In this document: positions 8,311 through 17,019 of the stretch, in pieces
How positions within the stretch are numbered: the stretch's first letter is position 1
How the letters are laid out: every line of letters begins with the position of its first letter
From: Oligoflexia bacterium
Lineage (GTDB): Bacteria; Bdellovibrionota; Bdellovibrionia; JABDDW01
Direction: 5' to 3'
Assembly (NCBI GenBank): GCA_043732305.1
Contig: JAYTHU010000164.1
Location: forward strand, 1 to 27,737
Length of the DNA stretch: 27,737 bases
Made by a program: the position numbers and the translations under genes
Notes under the pieces: model-generated
The model's database searches: none
Told to the model about the DNA's origin: nothing
The model's input: only the letters and a program-made list of their open reading frames with translations

Positions 8311-9972
8311 TCACTGCAAATGAGTTGGGCGATAAGCTTCACGTAAACGCCTAACGAGGTCTCGCCAATAGCGGGGCGAATTTGCAGTTGCAGATCCAGG
8401 TGCCTCGAAAATCAAAGTCCAAAGATACGTAAAGCTTATCTGACTGGACTGCATTTGCCTGAATATGGATTTGAACTCATTAAGCTCCTGATCACTCATT
8501 CCCTCAATAATAGTATAAAGTTGTAAAAGATGCGAAAACTCACCGTGATCTTGACCGAAACCACCAAGATCAGTGACAATTCCGAAACGCCCATGGGTGT
8601 CTTTGTTATACGGAGCAATCTCCTGCCAAAGTGACAAGAATGATACAACTCCCAATTTCTTTTGATGAAACCCAGAAATCTTAAGAGCTTGAATAATATA
8701 TTCTGGGCCTTTTTCATTTAAGATACGAATTGTATTTAGCTGACGGCTTGGATCGTAAAGCCTAGCAACAATTGTTCTGAGTAAATGCGGCGTTGGTTTC
8801 CAATATGTTGAGCCGAGCATTTCTCTTCGGCCTCGAGGAGCTCTGCCGGTAACAAGAGCGGGCCGCTCGTGAAAAAAAGAAATGAGTTCTTGTTCGCTCA
8901 AGTTATTTAAGAGAGATTTATTTTCAATGAAAAATTGTTCTAAAATATATCGATTTCCAGAATAACTAAGTTCGGTTACCTCTTGTGGAGTGAGCTGAAT
9001 GTCATGTTCACTCTTGCTTCGCATAAGTTCGATAATTCCAACAAGCTCACGACTCGCTAGAAAAATAGTTTCATTTAAAAACTCAGTTACTAAATCTTTA
9101 TGAGATAGGCTCTGCAGATAACCATCGTGCCTCGCAATTAATTTTGCCAGATCTGAAACAAAGTACAAATCGCCAACTATCGCCATTTGCGCATTGAGAT
9201 CTTCTTTACCTTTGGATTCAATCTCCAATCCAAATCCTATGACTTCAACTTCGGCTACGGCATCTGCAAAGGAGTAATTGAAATTATTCTCAAGTTTCAA
9301 TTGATCAAAATCGAATACGTATGAAGGCGCTTTTCCACTTTTTGAAACACTAGAATCGATTGCTTTTGGAGTTTTAGCTTTGTAACTAAAGAATTCGTAT
9401 TCAGTTTTGCTACCAAATTTTAATCTTCGCGCGTGAACAACCAAAGAGGACTGTGCTTCTAGTTGAGAGCTTCCATTAAAGTCTAAACTTATTTGAACGC
9501 CAGAATATTGGCTGAAGTCTCTGCCAGGATACTTGAGGGAGAACGCTTGGGTTTGCATTTGGACTTCACGAACTGAGCCGGCACTTAGGGCGCCTTTAAT
9601 TTCAAGCCTTTGTTTTTCTCGATTTGCGGTAAGGCTAAGTGTATTTCTCGTTCCTCTAGAGCAAAGCTTGCATAAGGTCTTTAGACTCCTCGCCCAGATA
9701 CTTGTATTTGTTTGTTCATTTTGGATTTGGACGACGTTCATATTTTCGCTCGGTATCAAGTAAGGACTTACGCTTGTTGCAACTACGCTTTCTACCGAAA
9801 CAGAGGTCTCAGCGTAGCTATACCCTACACTTGACGTTAAAATTGAACGCTGAGATTCAAATATTGAAATGCAATTCAGACTTTCGGCAAATTCAGCGGA
9901 CCCTGAAGCTGTCGAAAGAAACGACAAAATGCCAAAAAAGACAATACGTCTGCGCATAAATAAGACTCTCAA
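8311..9972 (-). CDS. Secreted hypothetical protein (about 550 aa; ATG at 9957 is a likely alternative start)
   Basis: Long ORF with signal-like MRRRIVFFGILSFLSTASGSA. The middle is CIA30/CBM11-like by eye (DFSQYSGVQISL...EVIGFGL). C-terminal DHGEFSHLLQ motif. Confidence 0.85.
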   Translation of the reverse strand: MRVLFMRRRIVFFGILSFLSTASGSAEFAESLNCISIFESQRSILTSSVGYSYAETSVSVESVVATSVSPYLIPSENMNVVQIQNEQTNTSIWARSLKTLCKLCSRGTRNTLSLTANREKQRLEIKGALSAGSVREVQMQTQAFSLKYPGRDFSQYSGVQISLDFNGSSQLEAQSSLVVHARRLKFGSKTEYEFFSYKAKTPKAIDSSVSKSGKAPSYVFDFDQLKLENNFNYSFADAVAEVEVIGFGLEIESKGKEDLNAQMAIVGDLYFVSDLAKLIARHDGYLQSLSHKDLVTEFLNETIFLASRELVGIIELMRSKSEHDIQLTPQEVTELSYSGNRYILEQFFIENKSLLNNLSEQELISFFHERPALVTGRAPRGRREMLGSTYWKPTPHLLRTIVARLYDPSRQLNTIRILNEKGPEYIIQALKISGFHQKKLGVVSFLSLWQEIAPYNKDTHGRFGIVTDLGGFGQDHGEFSHLLQLYTIIEGMSDQELNEFKSIFRQMQSSQISFTYLWTLIFEAPGSATANSPRYWRDLVRRLREAYRPTHLQ

Positions 9973-10011
9973 GCTCTCTGAATTTCACATTAAACACCTA
10001 TTGAGCTTATT

Positions 10012-10028
10012 AGCAGAATTCGTGCCGG
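10012..10028 (-). promoter_or_regulatory. Putative sigma54 (-24/-12) promoter for the 553-aa gene
   Basis: Minus strand CCGGCACGAATTCTGCT has GG-N10-GC and closely matches YTGGCACGrNNNTTGCW. Lies 40-55 nt upstream of the candidate starts. Confidence 0.6.
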
Positions 10029-10082
10029 CTGGAATGAAAGATCAATCGCTACATTTCTTTATTCCGTGAGAGGTACCTTAAA

Positions 10083-10439
10083 TGGTGGAGGCGCGGGGAA
10101 TTGAACCCCGGTCCGAAAGTCCTCGATCGAGAGGCGCTACATGCTTAGTCCCCACTTTTAGGATGACTGCTAGGCTTCCAGGAACAAAATCCTAGCTGCC
10201 CCCATTCTGCTAAGTTTAGACCCCCACCCACAGACTGACAAAGTGGGGATCGATCCAGTTTAATGGCATTTCGGCCCCGGGAACCTGGCTATCTCGGGCG
10301 AAACGTCAGCAAGCGATTAAGCTGCTAAAGCGTAATTAGTGTTGTCAATTACAAGACGAAATGGTTTTTAACGAGGTCTACTTCGTCCCCGGCATGCTCC
10401 CCAAGACGTCATGACCCCCGTCGAAGCCATTTCGCCCCC
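10083..10439 (-). ncRNA. ssrA: tmRNA (transfer-messenger RNA), one-piece, 357 nt
   Basis: 5' GGGGGCGAAATGGCTTCGAC. 3' GACCGGGGTTCAATTCCCCGCGCCTCCACCA. Acceptor stem has the G3:U Ala identity pair, T-arm and encoded CCA are present, and there is an internal tag ORF ending YALAA. Confidence 0.97.
10317..10346 (-). other. tmRNA proteolysis tag reading frame (A)DNTNYALAA*
   Basis: GAC AAC ACT AAT TAC GCT TTA GCA GCT TAA, preceded by the typical resume context GTAATT. Confidence 0.85.
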
Positions 10440-10444
10440 GTAGG

Positions 10445-10450
10445 ATTATA
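10445..10450 (-). promoter_or_regulatory. -10 box of the ssrA promoter
   Basis: Perfect TATAAT 5 nt upstream of the mature 5' G. No clear -35. Confidence 0.55.
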
Positions 10451-10691
10451 AGTCTGAAAAACACCTTTAAAGTAACACAAATCAGATGCATGGATCAAAG
10501 GATCTCCAGAATTGCAAAGAATAAGTAAATAATACGCCAGCTCAGCCCCGTTTTGCAGTTGGTGTGTAATTGTTAGACAGTTCCAGGCTGGCACTGAAAA
10601 ATAAACAGTAGCGAAATCCAACACTTGCGCAAACGCATATCACAAAATCGATGGAACAAAATTTGTAATATCGGATACTTAGGGAAGTAAA

Positions 10692-11969
10692 ATGAAAATA
10701 CAATTGGCAGTAAAAAGTAGAATAGCTTTTCTGTTTGGTCTGGTCACGTGCGTGCTGAGTCTCTCTGTGCAAACAACCGTTTTCGCACAAGATGGAGTCT
10801 CGACCACAAAAACCAGGACCTCAACGCTCTCCATTACCCCAGCAGTGGAAACTCAATCCATCCCTTCAACAGGTATCAACTCAACATCCACTTTGCCCAC
10901 TCCAGAGCTTGGCCCCACGGGAGTCAAGAAACTCTATGACCTTTCAATCGACATCATGCTCGGTGGAAACAGTTATTTCAATGAAATGGGAGAACGCTCT
11001 CAGGTTGCAGGCATGCGCCTCAGCCCTGATTTTAGATATCACTTGTTACCTGAACTTGATTTCAATTTGAATCCATCGATTCAATTGGTTTCCGGTCAAA
11101 CACTTTTCAGATTTAAAGACGCAAATTCTGACAACGGAATTTTCTTGAATGAAGCCACACTGAATTGGCATCTCTGGGATATTTTTATTCTTCATGCCGG
11201 CGCGGTGAACCAAGGTTATCTGCAGTCACCTCTTTTAGTTTCAGATTACCTGGCCTTCCCAGGAGCAAAAGAAGAAGTTGTTATTTATTGTGACAACCTC
11301 TGCGTGAAGTTTGTTGCGGAACAAACAATTCCCACTTCTTATACATTGTCTACCCGAACGGTGGATCGCGAAGGCGATCCTTCTTTTTATGCGGAGACGG
11401 TCAGTGCCGAATGGAAAATCCAAAAAGGAATTAAAGTCGGAGCCTTCGGTTCCATGTTCACATTTCAAAATTTACCCTCACAAGTTGCTTTCGACAGTTC
11501 AATCAATGGAAACACTGTGGTCGCACTAGCGGGTCCCAACTCTTCCGTCTTTGCTTATGATTACGGTGGATATTTGGCTGGTGGATATGTGGAAGCTCGT
11601 GTGAATAGCGTGCTTAACTTGCGTCTCTCCGGACAAATGATCGAAAATACTTATGCGCCACAGAATTACAATCAAGGTCAACTCATGGAGCTCACCGCCA
11701 ACTATCGAACATCATCATCGCTGATGCTGAACCCTTCAATGCTTGCTTACTTTAATGAATCAGACACCACTCCCGCTTATTACAATAGCTCGCAACTTGG
11801 TCACAACAACATGCAAGGTATCGGCGGACAAGTGCAGATGGAATTCACCAAGGCAAAATTTAAAGTCACTGGACGTTACGTCAATGGCAATCCCATCAAT
11901 TATAATTTGAATCAAGCACACCAACAATTCATGCTTCTGCAGCTGGAGACCAAAAATGATATTCTCTAG
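10692..11969 (+). CDS. Outer-membrane beta-barrel (putative porin-like) protein (425 aa)
   Basis: Signal peptide ending VFA-QD. S/T/P-rich linker, then many amphipathic alternating strands (GMRLSPDFRYHL, GGYVEARVN, GIGGQVQMEF, FMLLQLET). 14-nt overlap with the next gene. Confidence 0.75.
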   Translation: MKIQLAVKSRIAFLFGLVTCVLSLSVQTTVFAQDGVSTTKTRTSTLSITPAVETQSIPSTGINSTSTLPTPELGPTGVKKLYDLSIDIMLGGNSYFNEMGERSQVAGMRLSPDFRYHLLPELDFNLNPSIQLVSGQTLFRFKDANSDNGIFLNEATLNWHLWDIFILHAGAVNQGYLQSPLLVSDYLAFPGAKEEVVIYCDNLCVKFVAEQTIPTSYTLSTRTVDREGDPSFYAETVSAEWKIQKGIKVGAFGSMFTFQNLPSQVAFDSSINGNTVVALAGPNSSVFAYDYGGYLAGGYVEARVNSVLNLRLSGQMIENTYAPQNYNQGQLMELTANYRTSSSLMLNPSMLAYFNESDTTPAYYNSSQLGHNNMQGIGGQVQMEFTKAKFKVTGRYVNGNPINYNLNQAHQQFMLLQLETKNDIL

Positions 11970-14900
11970 AGGCGTCACGCAAAAATTTATTCTGGCGCTG
12001 ACAGCCCTCATGATGACCGCGTGTTTCAAACCCGGAACTCACGACAGTGCAGAATCCACGGCCACTTTCTACATGGAAATTGTCCATGGAGAGAGTCAAG
12101 TTTCGTCTACTTCGAATGAGTGGGATCTCCCCACTTCACGCACTTATTCTTTCAACGTGGTTGTGAGAGATGTTCACTCCACTGACGCCGTTAAGAATCA
12201 TGATTTCTCAATCACGGATACTTCAGGACACATCATTGTTCCTCACGTTAAAACAAACGGCGATGGCACACTCACTTGGAGTGAAGTTATTGGAATCAAT
12301 TACTTGGCAGATGCTAAGTATATTCCCATCACTCGTATTGTGACAGCTATTGGTCTTCATTCCGGCAAACGAACATTGCAGATTGCATTGAACCCCTGGT
12401 ATGAACGTCATCGTAAAAACATGTCCAAAGACGTTGTTGATTTGAGCCGTGTCGTGATTCCCGAAAGTCAAATTGTCAGCGAGCAAGAATCTGCGCTCTA
12501 TCTCATGGGTGAACGCAAGAAAACTGCTGCCACTCGAAGGTTATATATCGACGGCGCTCTTATTCAGATTTCACAAAAAGGTCCGTCTTCGACTAAAGGG
12601 AATGCAACCGTACGTCTAGAAATGACACCGCAAATAATTCTTCATGATCTTTTCGGAAATCCTGAAGGCATTGGATTACAGAAAGCAAAATTCCGCATTG
12701 AAGCACATTTGATTTCTCGCATCGGTGAAGGTGACCAATCAAAACGTTATCTTCTTGGCAGTACCGCGAGTGAAAAACCCCAACAGCTCTTTGGTGATAG
12801 AGTTCGCTTTGAACTTGATCTCAATCAGACTTGGGGAAGTAGCGTTGGTCAAATTGAACTAGCGATTAGACTTATCCCTGATCACGGACCAGCAGATCTT
12901 AAAGAATTTGACGGTGTGTTCCTGATTGGTAACTACAGTCAATCGATTGGCTTCGGCGGATTTGTTCCAGATCCTCAAAAGATCACAGATGATTACACAT
13001 TCAACGTTCCTGATTATTTGAACAAAAACGTAGTCAACTTGGCGGCAATAACACCGGAAGCTCGTCCTGCGGGAATATTCGCCATGAAAGCTTACATGTT
13101 TGGTTTCTTGCAGCCGCAATTTACCCAAATCAATCCCGCAAGTGAACGCCCTTACTCTCGTCTAACAAATATCACATTTAAAACCGTCGTCACAAATCCC
13201 ATGGCTCAACAAGCCAACATGGGATGGGTTTATTTCTGTATCACTGGGATCGATGGAAAAACCAAACACGTTCATTCGATTCAAACCGGTGAATTGAACT
13301 GGACGGACAGCTTAGAATTTAAAACTTACGGCTTCAGACATTACTTTGAAAGCCCGGTCATTATTCGCGCCGTCGGCCCTGAGGACAACGCTTGCGAAAA
13401 ACCTGAAGATCCTAAAGCATTCAAAGAAACATTCACCATTCGAGTCAATCCCTGGGCGAAGTTTGGATTTGCTCTCGGCATGGACAACCGTCAAATCTCA
13501 GATATGGATGCTAATAAAATGCTTACGGAAAACGGAGTTATTCCGACCCAACAACAAATGGGTAAAGTCGTTTTAGCATTCAATCAAAATCCTATTTATG
13601 CGGTGAACCCTGATCTGACCGTTGAACCTTACAAATCGTTTATTATCAATCTTGCCCCTTATGTCATGTCCCCCACAGACCCCATTGATGGAGTTGAAAG
13701 TGCAGTGGCTTTCAGAGATGGATTCTATCTGTTGAAAGTAGGAGTGGTCGCAGTTGTTGATGGTCAAAGACATGTCACTACTTTCAAAAAATTAGTGAAC
13801 ATGCGCAACTCGCAAATCAATGAGCCCATTCGCTTGCACGTGCCTGATCTTCGTCAGATGAGAATTAGAAATCTGTTGTACGTTGAATTCCATGCCGTTG
13901 ATTATGACAAGCTCGATAGATTTTTGATCATGACTAAAGGACGTGCAGCATCATGTCCTGATGGCGAGCTCATCTGCGGGAATAATCTCGACGATATCAT
14001 CTTGAAAGATTCCGGCCTTGAAGACAGAACGTTTGTTGGACTCTTCACACCTTTCGCAAGCAAAAGTGAAGGACCACTGAGACCTAGTGACGATTTAGAT
14101 GAAGTTTTTGAACTCCATAATCAAATTCAAAACTTTCTAACTGAAGACGGATTAAAAAAACTCAAGGACGCAACTGTTGGAGATCGATCTAAAGTTAAAA
14201 ATCCTGCACCTGAACTCAAAGAAGACAATATGAACTCGGCTTTTCACGGAGAAGCCGCCTACACCACCATGATGAAAGATCCAGCGTTTAAAAACGGCGG
14301 GAAATTCCCTCCTGGAAACAATTCTGATATTTTAAAATTCATCACTCGATCAAGAAACCAATACGTCACACCAGTGACCGTGGCGGACTTGGAAAAAGAA
14401 GAAAAAGAAACCAATCAAGTTCGTGCAGCTAAAACTCAATCGATGGTTTCAAAAGACAATTTTGTTAAAAATACCAACTCTGAATACATTCCGCTCGCAG
14501 GAGTCAGTGAAACACTGACTCGCTTTCCAGGTCTCAAAAATAACAATCAAATTTTACCAGTTGCTGGCGGAGCAAGCCGCTTCATCCAACTTCTCAATAG
14601 CAATGACTACGAGGGTTTGTTTTCTGATACTTACCGAAACTCTCTTTATCCAGACAAAGACCTGCCTTTATTCACCGGTTCAAACTGGAACAAATTGCAA
14701 GAGTGGGCTTCAAATTCAGTCGACAAAATCACTGGCGGCAAACGTGGCGGTCAAGATGGTTATTTCTTCCAGTTCAATGCAAAAGAAATCAACAAACTTT
14801 TACCTCAGTTAGAACCACTCAATGACGAGTACAAAGAGAACATCAATAATATTTTGCTCTCCTACAAAGACACTCGTCCCGATGCAGACAACAGCAATAT

Positions 14901-15903
14901 CGGTTTTGATTTTCCCGCTAAACAAATTAGAACAGGTGTTGGTGTTGGTAAAATGGCCGCCACCAGACTCTGTTCTTTCTGGTTCAACACGATGTTCAAA
15001 GAATTCAAACACTTTGATAAAATTCAATCCATGACCGCGGGTTGTATCAATCAAGTCATGGAAACTCAGAACATGGATGACATCTTTGTTCTAGATCAAA
15101 AAATCAGAGTGCTCGAGCAAGGCCGCTTCATAATGGATCACGGTTACTTCACTCGTCTCAATATTGGATCTGATGTGAGAGCAGGCTTTGGACAATCAAA
15201 TTCTCAGAGTGAGAGTTTTTCAATCTCGCCACTTAGATATATTTCCTTCTTGCCGGATTTCCTATTCTCTTCCGTGAGTTACACTTGGTATCAGAAAAAT
15301 GCGAGCCAAGATATTTCTCAAGGTAAATCTTCAAACGTAGGAGCGGGAACTCCCATCAGTACGGAAGAAGCCAAGTTCTACATGATTATCAAAGCATACG
15401 AGCGCTGCTCCATCATCCGCATGAATCCTACTTTTGTGTTGAGTCAAAAACTTCCGCAATATTTCGAAGTGGCTGACACGGACACAAAACGAATGGAAAA
15501 ACTTGGTCGCGGAGTTATGATCTGTACTGGTCAGAGGGAAGAAACACCGTTTCTTGTTCCTGAATCGTTTTATTACATGACTCCAGATCCTTTCGACGGA
15601 TCTGAATTGGAAATTTCGGATCACCGTAACTATCCATGGGCGATTGGTTTCCGCGGACCTCGTGATTACACACAGTTTTTCAATATGTTGGTGCAACGTG
15701 GGGTTCAAAGCTACGGCGGTCCAGGTTACTCATACGCTCAGCTCATGGGTAAAGAAATGAGCATCGAGCAAATGCGAAACTCGATTCGTCCTGTCGATGC
15801 GAATCAGCGTCCAACGGCTTACATCGACCAAGGTATTCGCGATTTCAAGAATTCAACCGGCGGCGTGATGACAACTTATCCAGGAGTTTACACCGTCCCT
15901 TAA
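11956..15903 (+). CDS. Very large lipoprotein of unknown function (1315 aa)
   Basis: Lipobox LMMTAC after a basic/hydrophobic leader. Beta-rich Ig-like repeats ending in NPW. Coupled to the barrel gene and followed by an intrinsic terminator. Confidence 0.88.
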   Translation: MIFSRGVTQKFILALTALMMTACFKPGTHDSAESTATFYMEIVHGESQVSSTSNEWDLPTSRTYSFNVVVRDVHSTDAVKNHDFSITDTSGHIIVPHVKTNGDGTLTWSEVIGINYLADAKYIPITRIVTAIGLHSGKRTLQIALNPWYERHRKNMSKDVVDLSRVVIPESQIVSEQESALYLMGERKKTAATRRLYIDGALIQISQKGPSSTKGNATVRLEMTPQIILHDLFGNPEGIGLQKAKFRIEAHLISRIGEGDQSKRYLLGSTASEKPQQLFGDRVRFELDLNQTWGSSVGQIELAIRLIPDHGPADLKEFDGVFLIGNYSQSIGFGGFVPDPQKITDDYTFNVPDYLNKNVVNLAAITPEARPAGIFAMKAYMFGFLQPQFTQINPASERPYSRLTNITFKTVVTNPMAQQANMGWVYFCITGIDGKTKHVHSIQTGELNWTDSLEFKTYGFRHYFESPVIIRAVGPEDNACEKPEDPKAFKETFTIRVNPWAKFGFALGMDNRQISDMDANKMLTENGVIPTQQQMGKVVLAFNQNPIYAVNPDLTVEPYKSFIINLAPYVMSPTDPIDGVESAVAFRDGFYLLKVGVVAVVDGQRHVTTFKKLVNMRNSQINEPIRLHVPDLRQMRIRNLLYVEFHAVDYDKLDRFLIMTKGRAASCPDGELICGNNLDDIILKDSGLEDRTFVGLFTPFASKSEGPLRPSDDLDEVFELHNQIQNFLTEDGLKKLKDATVGDRSKVKNPAPELKEDNMNSAFHGEAAYTTMMKDPAFKNGGKFPPGNNSDILKFITRSRNQYVTPVTVADLEKEEKETNQVRAAKTQSMVSKDNFVKNTNSEYIPLAGVSETLTRFPGLKNNNQILPVAGGASRFIQLLNSNDYEGLFSDTYRNSLYPDKDLPLFTGSNWNKLQEWASNSVDKITGGKRGGQDGYFFQFNAKEINKLLPQLEPLNDEYKENINNILLSYKDTRPDADNSNIGFDFPAKQIRTGVGVGKMAATRLCSFWFNTMFKEFKHFDKIQSMTAGCINQVMETQNMDDIFVLDQKIRVLEQGRFIMDHGYFTRLNIGSDVRAGFGQSNSQSESFSISPLRYISFLPDFLFSSVSYTWYQKNASQDISQGKSSNVGAGTPISTEEAKFYMIIKAYERCSIIRMNPTFVLSQKLPQYFEVADTDTKRMEKLGRGVMICTGQREETPFLVPESFYYMTPDPFDGSELEISDHRNYPWAIGFRGPRDYTQFFNMLVQRGVQSYGGPGYSYAQLMGKEMSIEQMRNSIRPVDANQRPTAYIDQGIRDFKNSTGGVMTTYPGVYTVP

Positions 15904-15955
15904 AATTATATATTCGAATAGTTTCATTCTACTTCCCTAAAAGTGAACGAAACTT

Positions 15956-15988
15956 GAAGGCTCAGCTAACCCTGAGCCTTCTTTTTTT
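15956..15988 (+). terminator. Rho-independent terminator
   Basis: GAAGGCTCAG-CTAACC-CTGAGCCTTC perfect 10-bp stem followed by T7. Confidence 0.92.
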
Positions 15989-15993
15989 AGAGG

Positions 15994-16022
15994 TTGACGA
16001 TGCTTCCGGAGACTCCTAAAAT
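15994..16022 (+). promoter_or_regulatory. sigma70-type promoter of gmhA
   Basis: TTGACG-N17-TAAAAT directly after the terminator. Confidence 0.7.
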
Positions 16023-16030
16023 TATCTTAT

Positions 16031-16630
16031 ATGACGCAAACAAACGTGCAAAAAATTTGGGAACAAAGTCTTCTGGATGCTCGAACAACTTTGGAGCGAT
16101 TTGTTGCGTCGCCTGATGTTTTTAAGAATCTAGAAAAATTCTCAGAAATTCTAATTTCTACTTTTGAAAATGGTGGAAATGTTTTTTCCTGCGGCAATGG
16201 TGGCTCCATGTGTGACGCCCAACATTTTGCTGAAGAATTCACCGGACGTTACCGCAAAGAACGTAAACCACTCGGCGCATTGGCTTTGGGTGAGCCCAGT
16301 CACATGTCCTGCGTGGCCAATGACTACGGCTTTGAACATGTCTTTGAACGTCAAATCCGCGCACTAGGTCGCAAAGGCGATGTGCTGTTGCTCCTCTCAA
16401 CAAGTGGAAATTCACCAAACCAATTGCTAGCGGCTGAAGCTGCAAAAACTTCAGGAATCAAAACAATCGCACTCTTAGGCCGAGACGGTGGAAAATTAAA
16501 ATCACTCGTGGATCTAGCAATTGTTGTTCCCGCTGAAACAAGTGATCGCATTCAAGAAATTCACATCAAGTTGATTCACACTGTGATTGAGACTGTGGAG
16601 AGAAAACTTTTTCCGGAGAATTACAAATGA
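16031..16630 (+). CDS. gmhA: D-sedoheptulose-7-phosphate isomerase (SIS domain)
   Basis: CGNGGSMCDAQHFAEEFTGRY, CVANDYGFEHVFERQ, LSTSGNSPN, SDRIQEIHI motifs. Confidence 0.96.
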   Translation: MTQTNVQKIWEQSLLDARTTLERFVASPDVFKNLEKFSEILISTFENGGNVFSCGNGGSMCDAQHFAEEFTGRYRKERKPLGALALGEPSHMSCVANDYGFEHVFERQIRALGRKGDVLLLLSTSGNSPNQLLAAEAAKTSGIKTIALLGRDGGKLKSLVDLAIVVPAETSDRIQEIHIKLIHTVIETVERKLFPENYK

Positions 16631-17019
16631 TTAAACCCAATCTGATGATGACTTTACTGACAATGTCATTGGCGGCAGTTTTGGTCGCCGGGTGTGCTTC
16701 CACTGGCGCAGATCATTTTCCTGAATTGCAGCAAGGCATGGACAAAGATCAGGTTTTGCAAAAAATAGGCAATCCTTATCGCACTGATAAAAATGCTGTC
16801 TCTGAAAAATGGGGATATCGCTACTTCACCGGCGATGACAAAAACGTCGAAGCTTACAAATACGTGCAATTTGTGAATGGCAGAGTGACTTCATTTGGCG
16901 ATGATTTAGACGAATCCCGCCGTCTTGAAAAATTTAAAGAAACTGAAATCAAACACGAAGTGAAAGTTAGAAAAGAACAACACGTGGATGATGTCTTAGA
17001 TAAAGAATATTCTCACTGA
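16627..17019 (+). CDS. SmpA/OmlA (BamE-like) lipoprotein
   Basis: Lipobox VAGC. LQQGMDKDQVLQKIGNP...WGY...VQFVNGRV matches the SmpA_OmlA pattern. Confidence 0.75.
   Translation: MIKPNLMMTLLTMSLAAVLVAGCASTGADHFPELQQGMDKDQVLQKIGNPYRTDKNAVSEKWGYRYFTGDDKNVEAYKYVQFVNGRVTSFGDDLDESRRLEKFKETEIKHEVKVRKEQHVDDVLDKEYSH

Larger units (their letters stand above)
1..10082. mobile_element. Degraded genomic island / integrative-element remnant adjacent to the tmRNA 3' end (left boundary not visible)
   Basis: Lies immediately downstream of ssrA, a well-known integration hotspot. Contains tyrosine integrase, serine recombinase-domain and IS transposase fragments, rhuM, several pseudogenes and no housekeeping genes. 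No att duplicate of the tmRNA 3' end was seen in the window. Confidence 0.7.

Noticed and set aside
10083..10125. Standalone tRNA gene
   Set aside because: It is the tRNA-like 3' end of tmRNA. The matching 5' acceptor strand is about 350 nt away with a tag ORF in between.
10409..10790. Minus-strand ORFs 10409-10624 and 10542-10790
   Set aside because: They overlap the tmRNA, its promoter or the barrel gene start, and show no coding signals.
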